DNA from: Paraspadella gotoi
Lineage: Eukaryota; Animalia; Chaetognatha
Direction: 5' to 3'
Assembly: GCA_051294375.1 (NCBI GenBank)
Contig: CM119270.1
Location: 15,223,921-15,287,920, forward strand
DNA length: 64,000 nucleotides
Part shown: positions 26,301 to 40,479 of the stretch, piece after piece
Layout: every line of letters begins with the position of its first letter
Position numbering within the stretch: the stretch's first letter is position 1
Notes under the pieces: generated by a model
What the model was told of the DNA's origin: nothing
The model's input: only the letters and a program-made list of their open reading frames with translations
The model's database searches: none
Translations under genes and position numbers: made by a program

Positions 26301-29120
26301 TCAAATAATGGGGGCCCCGCAGCTCAACCCGTGACCAAGAAACGGGAATTCAAGATTCGCGGGTTTCACGAGGCGAGAAGGAAGAAAATCACAGATTCGA
26401 ATCGGATGATCGTTGTTGTTGTCGTTGTCGTTGTCGTTGTTTAACGCGCTTTGACTAGGAGAAAGGAAGAGGTTTTTTCCTGTTGCGTTTCTCGAGTTTG
26501 TGGCAGGATCTTTCGCGTCATGTCGTGTCAGATTGTCATGTCAAGAGCCCCGTCGGCAATCGGCATCGTTGGTGTCGAATAGAACGATGCTCGTGTTAAG
26601 TTTATTTGGCTTTTTATAAAACAAGATTCTTATTATTTTCTTTTTTGCAGATGAAAAAAAAATTGAGGAAGAGAAGACAGTTAAGGCGAAATCCGCAACT
26701 GAATTTGGATGGAATTGTTTTTTTTTGTGTCTGTTCTCTGTTGTTTTTTTCTTTTTTTGAGGATACGAGAGAAAAATGAAAAGGCAACTGCAGTTGACAC
26801 TTTTGTTGCTTTTATTTCAAGAACGTGGTTTCCTTTGTTTCGCTAATTGAGTTATCACGTTCCAAAAACACAAAGTATTGTTTGTTAAATTGTCTCGGTA
26901 AACTACGTTTGTTAACTTTCTGGTTGTGTTAAATGCGGTTTTTAGGTTTCTCTTTTGGTCTTTTGTTTGTTATAATTATTGCACAAAACTACGACAGGCG
27001 TGGCGTGAGAGGAAAGCGTTTTTTTGGGGTAGTTTTCGGATGCTTTTATGGGGATTTTCAAAAGGGAATAGAGTCAATTTGGATTAGGGTGGTTGGCGGG
27101 AAACGGGTTTTCTAAATTAGGATGGATTCTGTTTTGTTTTTTTTTTTTTAATATTTTGTCTTTCATACAGGAAATTAAATGAAGGCAGGGGGTTATTAAG
27201 GTTTTAAGTTTTTTGGATTTCTTTTTTTCAGTTCCTTTCCAGTCCGAGGTAGAAAATAGGAGGATGAAACAAATTTGCGTTTTGGGGAGAATAATACTAC
27301 GACTAGTGTAAGATGGGATGAGACGTGCGGGATGTTCATTCAAAATTCACGTTCCAGTTCACAGTGACGGTAGTGTCCTTTTTTGAAATTTTTTTCTGGT
27401 CTTTGATCTCTGGAAAGACAAAAGATAAATGGACGAGCGGTGTAAATTGTTTACAGAACTCAATCAACAAATAAATAGTTGTATCGAAGTCCGTCGAGTT
27501 GTTGTACACTCACCTCCGCTAGAGGGTTGAGCGACTTGATTCCATTGCTATTTGTAGTACTATTCGACTCCTACTTTTTTCCCGGAATCTCGTCAAGATG
27601 AGAAGGCGCCGCGGCATCGATCGAGTTTGCAAGGAAGCGTTTCGGTTATTCATTATTATTTTATTTATAACAAAATAAGCTACTCAATTCCTGACTTGTG
27701 GCCAAGTTAATTTTCAAACTTAACGTCCTTTATGAGTCCGATTAACATTTTAAAATATTTCTTTTTTTCAAATCATATGTACTTTTTCTAAAGCATATCG
27801 ACATTTTTTTTTGCGTCGTACTTCTTGCTTAACAATTTCGAAACAGATCGTAGTGCGTATTAACAGAATCCTTAAGTCGAAAAAAAAGAAGAAAAAAAAA
27901 AAGTTTTTCGACTTTTCCTTCTGACTTTTTCGTTTCAGACACTTTTTAGGGGGAGGATCCGCGAGCGTACAGAGAGTCGGCATGTTTCAGCCAACATTTC
28001 ACAAGTTTTTTTTTTTTAAGTATATCAACAGCATGGGCAAAGGTAAAATCCGAATCAACCACATGCTTTTCTCAAAAACAAAATGTCGTCCGAGTCAACT
28101 CTCTCTCTCTCTCTCTCTCGATCTCTCCTCTCTTCGTCTCTCTCTCTCTCTCTCTCTCTCATCTCTCAGCTCTCTCTCTCTCCCTCTCTCTCTCACCTCT
28201 TCCCCTTAAAGAGGAAAGAGATGGTGAAGAGTTGAACGTGATATTCTTAATTAACGTCGTTTGATGTGTCGTCGTTGTCGTCGTCGTCGTCGTCGTCGTA
28301 AGGTCTTCGCTGTAGACGTAGTCCCGGTTGTTGGACTCGTTTCCACGTAATAAAAGTTGAAAAAAAAAATTTCAGTACAATTTACATATATTATAGAAAT
28401 TTAACTTTATTGTATTTTTTCTTTTGCTATCGTTGGTGATATTGATGTAGAACAAGGTTTTTGAAAAGATGTAACAACGCTATGAAATAAAAAATCGTTG
28501 TTACATTCTTTATTCAAACTTTTTTCTAAGACTTTAATTATTATACAAAAGGGTAAATAAAGATCGCTAAATTCAGATTCGTCTGTCGTTCTCGTCGTCG
28601 TCAACAGCATCGCGATACGAGATCTAAAGAAGAAAGAAAACATAAAATGATCCTCTAAAAAATAGAAAAATGTAAAAAGATTAAGCTACAGTGAATGTCT
28701 CTTTTCTCTTCCTCTCTCTCTCGTCTCGTCTCTCTCTCTCTTCTCCTCCTCTCTCGGTTCTCCATCTCTCTTCAAAAAAAAATTTAAAGGGTGATTTAAA
28801 GATGAAGAAAGCACCACTCTGAAATCACAAAGTCCAACGTTTGTCCGATTCGAGCGAAGATGTCGTTACGGTGACGGATGCTCTCGTTCGTGATTTTCTT
28901 TAACGCTCCTCTATACTATTATCATTACTATCATTCCTCTCAATTTCCCTCTCTATTTTTTTCCCTCACTCCCTCTTCCCCCTCTGTGGTATCTTATCAT
29001 TCTCTTCTTTAATTTTATTTCTCACTTTTCTTTTCTCTCTTTTGCTTTTGTCTTCAATCTTCACGTCAGTCCTTTCCTTCTTTCTTTTTCTTAGCCTTTC
29101 CCTTTTTAATCGCTCTCTCT
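23325..29120 (-). pseudogene. Degenerate tandem copy of 17618-23164 (exons 1-5 plus upstream DNA); probable false duplication
   Basis: Colinear with the first copy through exons, introns and flanks, but peppered with 1-2 nt indels that destroy every frame. The junction between the copies is a 25-N gap (23165-23189). 28778-29120 repeats 22826-23164. Confidence 0.85.
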
Positions 29121-29166
29121 CTCTTCTCATCTCTCTCCTCTCTCTTTCTCTCTTCTCTCTTCCTTC

Positions 29167-29204
<38 letters not shown>

Positions 29205-29740
29205 GGGAAGGGGAAGGATCACCCGGTGACGGGTACTACGAAGAAAGAAGGAGCGATATAACCGTCACTCGATGGAGACGTGGATGACAATGATGATGAT
29301 GATGATGTCGCTGATGATGATGATGACGATGATGATAATAAGGGAAAAGATGATAATCGTACGGTAAAGAAGATGCTGGTGAATGATAGTGATACTGATA
29401 ACGATAATGATGATGAACATGAGCATGAACTCTCAATGATTTTCCACGTTCTACATAAAATACAAAAAAAGGGAAAAAAAAAGAAAAGACTCCATTTCCC
29501 GCGAAGTATTCACTATTGAGAAGAGGCGGACAACAATTAAATAAACGACTTTAAAAATCATTAGTCTTTCACGATGTTGATGGAGAAGATGACGAAGATG
29601 CTGACAGCGATAATAATGGTGATGAAGATGATTGTAATGATGATGATTCTGGTGGAGAGAGCAGCGACGAAGGTGAAGATTATTGTTACGATTATGATAA
29701 TGATAATGATTATAAATAAAATGATAATGATTGAATAATA

Positions 29741-29789
<49 letters not shown>

Positions 29790-31047
29790 CGCTGATCATG
29801 TTGTTGATGAAAAAGGTGACTAGAATGATGACAATGATAACGATGGTAAGGGATTTATATTGATAACATGACGATGATAATAATGATAATGATGACGACG
29901 ATGTTGACGATGATGATGATGATGATTTTTGGTCCTCGATTCCAACCAAGTGACGGAGCTCATTATCAGTGGAGACAAATCAGGAGGAAATGTACGCATC
30001 GGACGAAAAAAAAAAGGGTGAATATTTGANNNNNNNNNNNNNNNNNNNNNNNNNNNNNNNNNNNNNNNNNNNNNNNNNNNNNNNNNNNNNNNNNNNNNNN
30101 NNNNNNNNNNNNNNNNNNNNNNNNNNNNNNNNNNNNNNNNNNNNNNNNNNNNNNNNNNNNNNNNNNNNNNNNNNNNNNNNNNNNNNNNNNNNNNNNNNNN
30201 NNNNNNNNNNNNNNNNNNNNNNNNNNNNNNNNNNNNNNNNNNNNNAGAGAGAGAGAGACACTATAATCACTCTCTCTCTCTTCGTCTTCGAAGTAATAAT
30301 CGAGTAGGAGAGACTCTATCAAGACGAACGTCGTCGTCCTCCTCATTAATGCGTTTGTCGTTATTATTGTTAATAATTAGTAATATGGTATAAGGAGACT
30401 TAACAAACATGACAATTTAGGAAACATTTCATAAATATTGTAATTCGATAGATTCGTTTGCTGGCGATAGAGAGAGAGAGAGAGAGAGAGAGAGAAAATA
30501 GAAACGGCATCTCGCGAAAAAAAGGTTCTTTACGATGTTTGATATCGAAAGATTATTCCCCTAGAAAAAGAAACGAAAGTTAGCGAATGGGAGAGAGAAG
30601 GAGAAAAAGAAGGAGAAAAAGAAGGAGAAAAAGAGAAAAATTTAAAAAAAAAATGATAAGAAGGAGAACGAAGAGAAGAAGTAGAAGAAAAAGGGTGAGT
30701 TTTTTTTTTAAGCCGACTCAGCGAGTTTCACTAAAAGCGATTTTACGTTATTTTCTCAGTTCTCCTTCTCCCCCCTTCTCTCCTCCCNNNNNNNNNNNNN
30801 NNNNNNNNNNNNNNNNNNNNNNNNNNNNNNNNNNNNNNNNNNNNNNNNNNNNNNNNNNNNNNNNNNNNNNNNNNNNNNNNNNNNNNNNNNNNNNNNNNNN
30901 NNNNNNNNNNNNNNNNNNNNNNNNNNNNNNNNNNNNNNNNNNNNNNNNNNNNNNNNNNNNNNNNNNNNNNNNNNNNNNNNNNNNNNNNNNNNNNNNNNNN
31001 NNNNNNNNNNNNNNNNNNNNNNNNNNNNNNNNNNNNNNNNNNNNNNN

Positions 31048-31426
31048 TTCAATGAAAGAAAGTGAGGCTGCGTTTGCGGTGAAATTCCAACAAAGGTAAG
31101 TGTTGGAAAGACCGAATGGAATCGTTGGAAAACTAGGAAANNNNNNNNNNNNNNNNNNNNNNNNNNNNNNNNNNNNNNNNNNNNNNNNNNNNNNNNNNNN
31201 NNNNNNNNNNNNNNNNNNNNNNNNNNNNNNNNNNNNNNNNNNNNNNNNNNNNNNNNNNNNNNNNNNNNNNNNNNNNNNNNNNNNNNNNNNNNNNNNNNNN
31301 NNNNNNNNNNNNNNNNNNNNNNNNNNNNNNNNNNNNNNNNNNNNNNNNNNNNNNNNNNNNNNNNNNNNNNNNNTGATTCTGTCGCGTGATTGTAGGGATG
31401 TCGACTCGTTGAGGCCGGAACAATAA
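31048..31426 (+). CDS. Candidate last two exons of a gene broken by gaps (..31095, 31396-31426)
   Basis: SMKESEAAFAVKFQQ + AG|gtaagt joins in phase 2 to tgtag|G DVDSLRPEQ*. Confidence 0.3.
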
Positions 31427-33631
31427 CACCAACCCAACTGACATCGACCACCACCAGGTCGAATGGCACAAAGAATAAAAAACCTTCAAGAAATCACAAA
31501 CGATGATGACGAGGACGCTGACTATTAAACCGACAACAACAACAACAGGAACGAGGACACCGACTCGGCGAAAGCCTTTTTTCCAACTCTGAGAAAGGAC
31601 TCTTGGTTTCTGCCCATCGTTAGTCTTGATTATTCGAAATGGATTCACAACAGAATCGCGACGAAATGATTAACTCCACTTCTTTTAATTCAACCGCCAC
31701 AACTCGACGTGTAATAATATTTAATGGTCTTCTTTTTTTTTTTAAACTAAACCTTTTATTTGAAATCTTTCGAAGTGATTCTCTTATTGGTAAATGTTAT
31801 GCTTGAGGTTGTTTATTTATTTTGCCAACTCGTCATCGAACATCGGAGCGATTTTCACATTACTGCGAATAACCAAAAATATTTTGAATTCGACTCATCG
31901 TTTAACTCGTAATCAATATTGATCATACTCTCTCGTTTTTCTAACTTAGTCGTCATTTTTCATGAAAGTTTAAACTTTATTCAGTTATATTTTAGTTTTT
32001 ATTTTCAAAAAAACAAAACTTTCTCATTGTTTTTTTTATTATCGGCACACCGAGTCAAGCGAAGGAGAATTTAAGACGCCGCTGATTGAAACTCGCGATT
32101 CTGTTTATTCTTTACTTTTTCACCACGAAAAAAAAAGAAAAAAAAGGAAAAAAAGAAAAAAAAAGGAAAAAAGTGGGAAAAATGTCCGAATCGATCCTGT
32201 AAATACAGGGAGAATCGTTTACAGCGAGGGCAGAAGCGTGAAAGGCGATCGAACAGGTTCGGTGAAAAGAAGGAAATTATTTTTTTTTGTGTGAAAATTT
32301 AGTATTTATATTTTACAGTTTACATCCTCGTTGAGTAAAAAAACGTCACGCTAAAANNNNNNNNNNNNNNNNNNNNNNNNNNNNNNNNNNNNNNNNNNNN
32401 NNNNNNNNNNNNNNNNNNNNNNNNNNNNNNNNNNNNNNNNNNNNNNNNNNNNNNNNNNNNNNNNNNNNNNNNNNNNNNNNNNNNNNNNNNNNNNNNNNNN
32501 NNNNAAAACTTTAAGAATAAATTTCGATAAGAAGATGGAAATCATAATTGACTTTTTCTTCCTCTTTCCACTTTTTTCACTTTCTTATGTGAACTCGTTT
32601 GACTGGATCCCCGCCGCTCCTCGAGGAGGCCGGCCATACTTGTCAATAGACGAGTTGGCTGGAATTTTCGACTCTCTCGACTTAGAAGTGAAATCCTGGT
32701 CAAATATTGTATAAATATTTTTAGCCAGTATATTCATGGGTGGGCGAAAATATTGTGTCGGTTGATTTAGTGGGGGTAAAGATACTGTTTAACGCATTAC
32801 AATACAATATGTACAATAGAATACCGAACAATAATACAATACAGTGCACTACGATTTAATAAAACACAATACAATACAGAGGTTGGAGTAATCATAGGCA
32901 GCATTAGAATGAGAATCATTGAAGTAAATTTTTCACTCTCTCTCTCCTCTCTCTCTCTCTCATTTTCTCTATTCTCTCTCTCTCTCTGCTCTCTCTCTCT
33001 CTCTCTCTCCTCTTTAATTTCTGAGTCTTTTGCTTTTTCCAATCCCCCAGTGATCACCTTGGCCCGAGAAAAAGGGTGTCTTTGATCGAGAAACAAATCT
33101 CAGAGGGGAAATCTTTTTAATCGAGACGATGTTGGTCGTCCGTAGTCGTCCGTCGTCGTCGTCGTCGTCGACTAACATCCTTTTATCATCAGTGTCATCG
33201 TCCATCATCACATCTTCAACATCCTCTTAAATTCATAATCACGAACTGTTATCTTTAGTATCGTAATATTCGTTCAGTCTCGTCGTTTTAACATTCAATT
33301 TGAATCATTAATTTTTTTTTTTTCCTCCTGATTCGTTTCTTAAAAAAAAAAAAGGAAGAACTATTTAAAACGACTAAATTCTAATCCTTTTATAAATTAA
33401 CAAAATAATCATCCCGAAACTATCCGCGAGCATCTTCGTCCTAAAACGTCTATCGTCGGGATACTTTGTCGTCGCTACGGTGGCTCGATCCGTTAAAACT
33501 CCTCACCGCTCTCCCCCATCTCCGCTTCTTCGACCTATCGACCTACTGATCCGACTCCTTCCTCCTGGTCCATAGCGGTAAAATACGTCTCACTTTCTCG
33601 ACTCCCTTCGCTCTCTCCTCTCTTCGTCTCC

Positions 33632-33664
<33 letters not shown>

Positions 33665-36233
33665 TCTAACTAACGGACCAAGGTTTGTGCCGCAGACTTT
33701 TTCACTCTCCTTTTCTCGGATGTTACAACTCATCAGTGTAATCACGACTCACAAAAACCCGAATACCTTTCACTGTTTTTCATCTTTCAAATATCAAATC
33801 TCGAATTCCGATTTTTTTTTTGAAATTTTTGTTGACGGAATTTCGCGGTGCACGTGATTCGCGTCAACGTGCGATATCACTACCGTGAATAAAAGTTGCT
33901 TCATATCCGATCGTATCTGGTTACCCTTCACATTCTAGAATACACCCTTATGATTTATTATTCACCAGCAGTCTGGTTTAAACAGTCACCCGATTATTTT
34001 TCAAGATCAGTTGGATTATGAGTTTCCGAACAACTCGGGGGTGAAAAAAATGAAAGAATGTTTATTTATGAGAAAAGACTGAAGGTTGAGGACTTGGTAT
34101 GATGGAGACGTTTCCACGTGATTACCGATCACGATGAGAGGTGAATGATCACAGTTTATAAATACGTCCTTATTGTTTTCAAATAAAATATTTCAGTGAA
34201 CTTGTTTGATCTTGTATCTAGAAAATAATCTAAAGTCGCTCGGCCACGAATTGAAGGTTTAGCGAGGTTAAAAACATGTATTGACATCAAGTAAAAAGCA
34301 CGAATAGAACGAATTAAAAATCAATTAAAAACAACTTAAAAACAAGGTAAAAACAGATTAAAAACAAAGTAAAAACAGATTAAAAAACAAGGTAAAAATC
34401 GTGCATCGCAATAGTAATAACCTCCACTGGGTTTTAAAAACGGTTGGCCGTTCCAATATTACAAGATCATTGGACTCTAATGAAACTACGACCAACGCGT
34501 TTCCTCAATGGCTGCGCGCGGAAACCCGGGTAAAAAAAGGTAGAATTATCTTCTCCCAATTCTCGATGGTATTGTCCAGGCCGCCATCCAGGACCGCAGG
34601 AAGAAGCTTGCATTTTGCGATTCCAAAACGCGAAGGGGATACGCGCGGCCCAACACAGATACACCCCCTCCGCAAGCACGCCTTGCGGAGCCGCGCTGGA
34701 AGTCCACGTGACTGCGTCTTCACCTGACCTGAAAAAATGGATAAGGCGGCCCAACCTTACCGTCTCCGAGACCCGTCCTGTTGCCGATCACAGCAACTGG
34801 ACAGGGGGAGAGAAGGAGGGCAAAAGTGGATCCAGGAAGGCTTCAAAAGAGAATCAATTAAGGGAAGGGAACAATTCCCCCTCCATCACAGAAGCCCACT
34901 GTGGTCCAGAAATCAATCTTCTCAAAATCCAACACCAGATTCAATCTACAGAATAAAATCATCAATAAATCAAATGAAAAGCGACGAATCCTCGACGCTA
35001 AACCGATCCATAAGCAAAAATCATATTCGAAATCATATGCCAGTCTAAAATACCAATCTAAATCAAATGAATATATCAAATCAAGCAGCAAAACGAAATG
35101 CCGTCAATGCAACAAGACTATCATAGGCATGCCAGACCATCTAGAGTAAATTCAGTGTTCTTAACCTCCATCGACAAACTCCGAAGTTGCCGGACCTGAG
35201 TTTTTATTTATTTTTTTCTTTTTGTTTTTTTTCAGACGTGTATACAATGCAAGCAGATCTCCGCAGGCATATCCCCGTCCTCTGTAGGCGCCATCATCGC
35301 ATCAAAGCCGGGGCGGAGGCTTGCTCTCCCTTGGCTCGTCCACCCACCCCGGGTCGGTCACTCTCGTAAACTATCACGGAACCGCCGTAGGACTGTAGAG
35401 TAGAGGATAACAAACATAGTCCAACGCGCCGCTCGCATCGTACAGGGCCACACATGTGCAACTTGCCGATAATCGCTGTCAGGTCTAGCCGGTGCGNNNN
35501 NNNNNNNNNNNNNNNNNNNNNAGGGGGAGCAAAAACCTCAATCTAATAGAAGAAAAAATCTTTAAGACTGTAAACCGTTGAAAGAAGGTGTTTTGGATCA
35601 ATTAGGAATGATGAAGACGACGACGACGACGATGACGACGAAACTCTCGAGTTAAGGTGGTTTTTATCAATTAAGCGATTCTCGAAGACGCTGTTCTTTT
35701 ATTTTTTTTAGGAATTGAAAGATTTCTTTGTTCTTATTTTGTAGATTCTGATCTTTTAACTTTTAAATAAAAATAAAAATCATAAATTACTCCCGACTTC
35801 GATCTCTTTTTTATTTTTGTTTATAAAACTAACGGACGGAGAGGGTTAAACTTAAAGTGTGAGGATCCAACATAAATAAATTCACGGAATCAAAGAAATC
35901 GATCTCAACTTGGGAGATGGAATCATTTTAATTTCGAGTTTAATTTCTTTCTTTTGTTTTAAAATGCATTTCGTTCGTATGTATTTATTTAGTTCATTTG
36001 TAAAAAAATGGTAAAATATTAACTTTCATAAATTCGAGATTCTTTATTTTTTGTTGAAAATAGTATAGTACATAAAATAAATAATAAATCTATTATGATC
36101 TTCGCCAACTTTTCGTCCATCGCGTTTGTCTTTTGTTTCTCGGAAAAATGCAAGTTTTTCTGCGGCCGACGAATTTTCGTCACTTGTTCCGTCGACGCCG
36201 ATTCTTTCGCGAGTTTTCAGAGGCGTCGCCGCC

Positions 36234-36280
<47 letters not shown>

Positions 36281-37229
36281 GAAAAGTTAGTGAGGAGTAA
36301 AAGGAGAACAATATGTTTTTTAAGTGTCGCCTTAGCGATTCTCTTGGCGAAATATTTTACTTCAAAGTTTATTATTTATTTTTTAAACGTTAATTGATAT
36401 TAATCAACTCTATGTAAAACTCTAAAAACTGCTTTACAAATAATTAAAGAACCTGATATCCTGAATATATTTTTATATATTTTTTTCTTATTCTAAATTC
36501 GAATCTCTAAACTATGACCTCCGCTTAACAATCGCCGGCGAGTTCACTGGATTCTCTCTTGTCACAAGTTTTTTTTCCTCAGTCGACGACGGAATCTCCA
36601 GTGAGGGTCACGTGGCAAGAAAAGTCACATGACGGGGAGATGACGAAAATTCCAGGGATTCTTTCGTCAAAGTGAACAAGTGAAGGAAAGGAACCAGTGA
36701 ATTAGTAAACATTTCACGTCGACCTCGATTTCGAATTTGAAGCGAGCGTCAGCAGAGATTTCTTGTATAAAATCATCTTTTCTTCTCGTTGAATACGAAT
36801 TAATATTTTAAACAATGCATGTTTAAATACTTAAGATTCATCGTCTCCGCGTTATCTATGAAAATTTTGGAAAAAAAAAAAAAAGATTTGTTTTACTATT
36901 TTCTATTTTTATAGTTTCTATTTCATTAACCGTTTGTCGTCATCTCGTCAACACCTTTCGAGATTTTTGTCTTCGTCTTCGTCACTTTTTTTTCTGCCAG
37001 AATCTTTGATGCAAAAATTGTGATTGTTGCTTCCAGTGACGTCGTTATGATCGTCGTCGTCGACACCAACGAGTCCGACCGCCGACCGACGATTCACGCC
37101 CCCGACGCCGACAATGTCGATATCTTCGTCCTCTTGTCGTTTAATACTTCGTCGGCACCGCCGCCGCGCCGCCGCCGCCGCCGCCGCCGTCCCGCCGTTG
37201 CCGCCCCGCCGTTGCCGCCGTCCTCATTC

Positions 37230-37271
<42 letters not shown>

Positions 37272-39752
37272 GTGATTCTTCTCGTATTTTTCAGGTGAAT
37301 ATTTTCACCTTCACTCTATCACATCTTGGAGTCGAAGGCATCGCATATCCGTGTCACACCCAAAAAAAGACCCCGAAAAGACCCGCGAAGGAAGAGGAAG
37401 AAGCGAAAGTCCCGAACCCGCTCCACTAACGGAAACCGGGAAACTCTCTCGGCAATCCACTCTCGGCGATAAAAACTCTCAGCAGGAATCGACTCTCAAG
37501 CTATCGGCGATTGGCTCGATCCCGTCACCTCGGCTTTTTTTTTTTGGGTCCAGTATTCGGACGTTTTGAATTGATAGAGAAAACTTTGAATATTTTTTTT
37601 TTTTGGACAGAAATAAAATAATGGCCTTGAAATATATGAATTAATATTAAATAATAAAATCGTCAAGCGGACCACATTTTAAAAAATTCTATTTTTTTCC
37701 TTTCTAAAATTTCTCAGGTCATCATCGAAGTTGTTATACAAAATTAAAAACAATCCGAAAATCTATTCAAAAAGTTTTACCGATCATTTCTCTTTTACTG
37801 CGATCGAGTAAAATTCACGAGAAAAAAAAAGAGCAACAGGTGGTTCTCTATTTATTCATCGTCCCATCGCTTTCTTTTTAATTCTTTTTAAAGTCAGTGA
37901 AAACTGTAAAGGAAAATGAAAAAAAATGATTAAAGAAAAAAACAGGAGAGAAAAAAAATAGAAAAAAAAAGCTACATTTTTTCAGGATTTTTGAAAAATC
38001 TGTCGGAGACTTAAAAAAAAATTGGGAGACCTTATGTTACGACTTGTCACTTGATCTAAGATCAGCGCTGTTCTTTTTTTTTTTTAAACAGAAGGAAGAA
38101 CATAAATTTTATTTTTTATAATTTGCGCGATTTTCTTAGTCGCGGTTCTCTTTGAGAGGACGTCAGAGGGCGTCAAAGGGCGTCAGAGGGCGCGGGATGA
38201 AAAACCGTATAAAAAGATAGGAAACAATGATGGCTTCCGCCAATCCGCAATGTACTTTTGTCTTCCAGTCTGTTTTCCTCGCTGTCTTTATGTCTGGCGT
38301 TAAACGCAAAAAACAATTGTTCTTGCGGTATACTTATAAGAACTAAGTATAATTAAGTTAAAAAATATCGCTTTTTATGCGCATTGTGCATTGTGCAACG
38401 TCCGATAAAATAATGTAAAAGTTAAACATGATTAGAAAAAGTAACTATTTTAGAGACGAATCAGGGCTGAAAAAGAAATATATCTAAGCGCTTAACACTT
38501 CATTCAATAATCAATATTCTTCCTTCATTAAATCGTACCTTACCTTAACATCCGCGGCGCTTTAGACGCAGTGAATGAAGAGAGAGAGAGAGAGTTGATT
38601 TGTGGAGGCACTGGAGAGATCAGTAGGCAGTCGGGGATGAGAGTATGAGGCACATTGAGGTTTACGGCGGCCGTTCGTCTCGTGTGGGGCGATGAGTGGT
38701 TGAAGGGTTGACGGGGTGAGGAGTTGAGGAGTTGAGGAGTTGAGGAATTTCTTAGAAATGAGTGGTTGAGATGAGAATTTCTAATTTCTACTTGGAAGGG
38801 TGAAAAAATTGGAGGGGGGGGTGTGAGTCGTTAATCGATAGGGCCAAGAGTCAGCAGGAGACTAAAAGGTAAGTTCTAACTAGTTCAGCTAAGGGTGAAA
38901 CGTAAATTCGACGGTAAGGTTTTGTCGTGATTGAGTACTAAGTTCGGGTGAGTATATAAGCGACGAGGTGGGCGCGCCGTTCGAGTTTCCTCTCACATTC
39001 GAATCCAAATTAGTCTAATGTTTTTTTCTCTTTTATTTCGGTAAAAAAATATCCGGTTTTTTTTTTATTTCGAGAATTTCATTGTTTTTTTTTTTATTTT
39101 CGTCGGATGAAATTGGCTTTGAAGTTTTTTCTGTTTTTTTTTAATTTTTAGTCGGAGTTAGTTGGAAGTTTGCTTTGTAAGATTTCGTAAGGTCGAGGCT
39201 TTCGTTAAATCGGAGTTCGTTATATCGGAAAAGTTTTTGAGTCGAGGGAAGCGACGCGAAGGAGTTAGTAGTGGAAGCCATGGTGGAGTGAGAGAGGTGA
39301 GAAGGGAAAGGGGCAATCTGGAAATAGAGAGGTGAGAATAAAGAGAGGTTAGAGGAGATTTCTCAGAAATGATTGTCCCAATTAAAATGAAATTAGATGG
39401 ATTTAAAAATGCCATGTCATGTTAAGATTTAATTAAAAGCTGCAATATACGTTTATAACGAAGAAAAGGAAAAAAGAAAACATTAGAATAAAATGAAAGG
39501 AAGGAACGAGCGACTCGAGAGAGGAGAATGGCCAAATAATGAAGACGCTTTCGGGAGTTTGACATAAACTCTGAAGAGACGAACAACATTTTAAAGATTT
39601 ATCAGGACTAAAAGGACCAAAAAAATAAATAAAATAAAAAAGTATTAATACGAATGGCATTGGCTGATTTAAGAATCCAATTTTTATACATGGCATCGAT
39701 GATAAAAAGCGCCAAGAAACTACAACAACGACGGAAGCAACAACAACAACGA

Positions 39753-40003
39753 CTAAAACGTTTCGTCAAAAAGCGCGAAGCTCATCCGAGCGAAAAGCGA
39801 CGATAAATCAACTCGCGGAAAATCCTTCGCTTGATTCTTGGCGGCGATGATGGAGGCGGGCTTGGGGTGAGGCGGTCTTGGGGGGGGAGGTGGCGGTCTT
39901 TGACGGGGTGGGCGTCTTTGACGGGGATGGTCTTCTCTGGAGTGGTTTTCTTCTTCTCCTACATGGGCACTGTTGTACGGAGCAAGATTAGCATTTGGAG
40001 AAT
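39753..40003 (-). CDS. Candidate Pro-rich terminal exon
   Basis: 83-codon open frame without a start (SPNANLAPYNS...RPPPPPPRPPHPKP...DFPRVDLSSLFARMSFALFDETF*) that begins at a possible acceptor; a second same-phase acceptor (atgtag|) lies at ~39959. Confidence 0.25.
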
Positions 40004-40348
40004 CTTAGAAAAACAGATAAAGGACTATTTTGTGGATTAAGCGGAGGAAAATATTTCAGCGCAACATTTTGCGCGATGTTAAAATTTCTCCGTCTTTTTC
40101 TTCTCATTGTCGTTTTCGTTTTTGTGCTTATTTTTCTCATTTTTTTCCCCCGAAATTTCTTGTCTTTTCATCTTTATTTTCTTTTTCTTTCCCTTTCTAA
40201 TGTTTCATATCATTTTCATTTTCTTTCAGAGGTTTAAAAAGGATATGTATCGTTTTATCATTGTATCATTGTATCATTGTATCATTGTATCATCCGCTCA
40301 ATTTTCTTGTCTTCATTTGAAAAACAATTTCCTCTCTCTATCTCTATC

Positions 40349-40479
<131 letters not shown>

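Larger units (their letters stand above)
22254..35521. other. Cluster of assembly gaps
   Basis: N runs at 22254-22825, 23165-23189, 30030-30245, 30788-31047, 31141-31373, 32357-32504 and 35497-35521; outside this span also at 13388-13397, 15047-15071 and 57177-57201. Confidence 0.99.

Noticed and set aside
29220-29950. Asp-rich ORFs suggesting an acidic protein (similar tracts at 40740-41130 and 42168-42350)
   Set aside because: Degenerate (GAT/GAC)n simple repeat interrupted by stops, of a type recurring throughout the window.
32585-32695. Possible 36-aa minus-strand terminal exon (DFTSKSRESK...NEFT*)
   Set aside because: Weak acceptor, no partner exon, and the opposite strand is equally open.
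16186-33745. CTGATGA hammerhead-core matches (16187 plus strand, ~33735 minus strand)
   Set aside because: No stem II followed by GAAA and no flanking helices.
37295-37569. Plus-strand frame after a ttttcag acceptor (...SHPKKDPEKTREG...)
   Set aside because: No upstream partner and no recognisable motif; not supportable.
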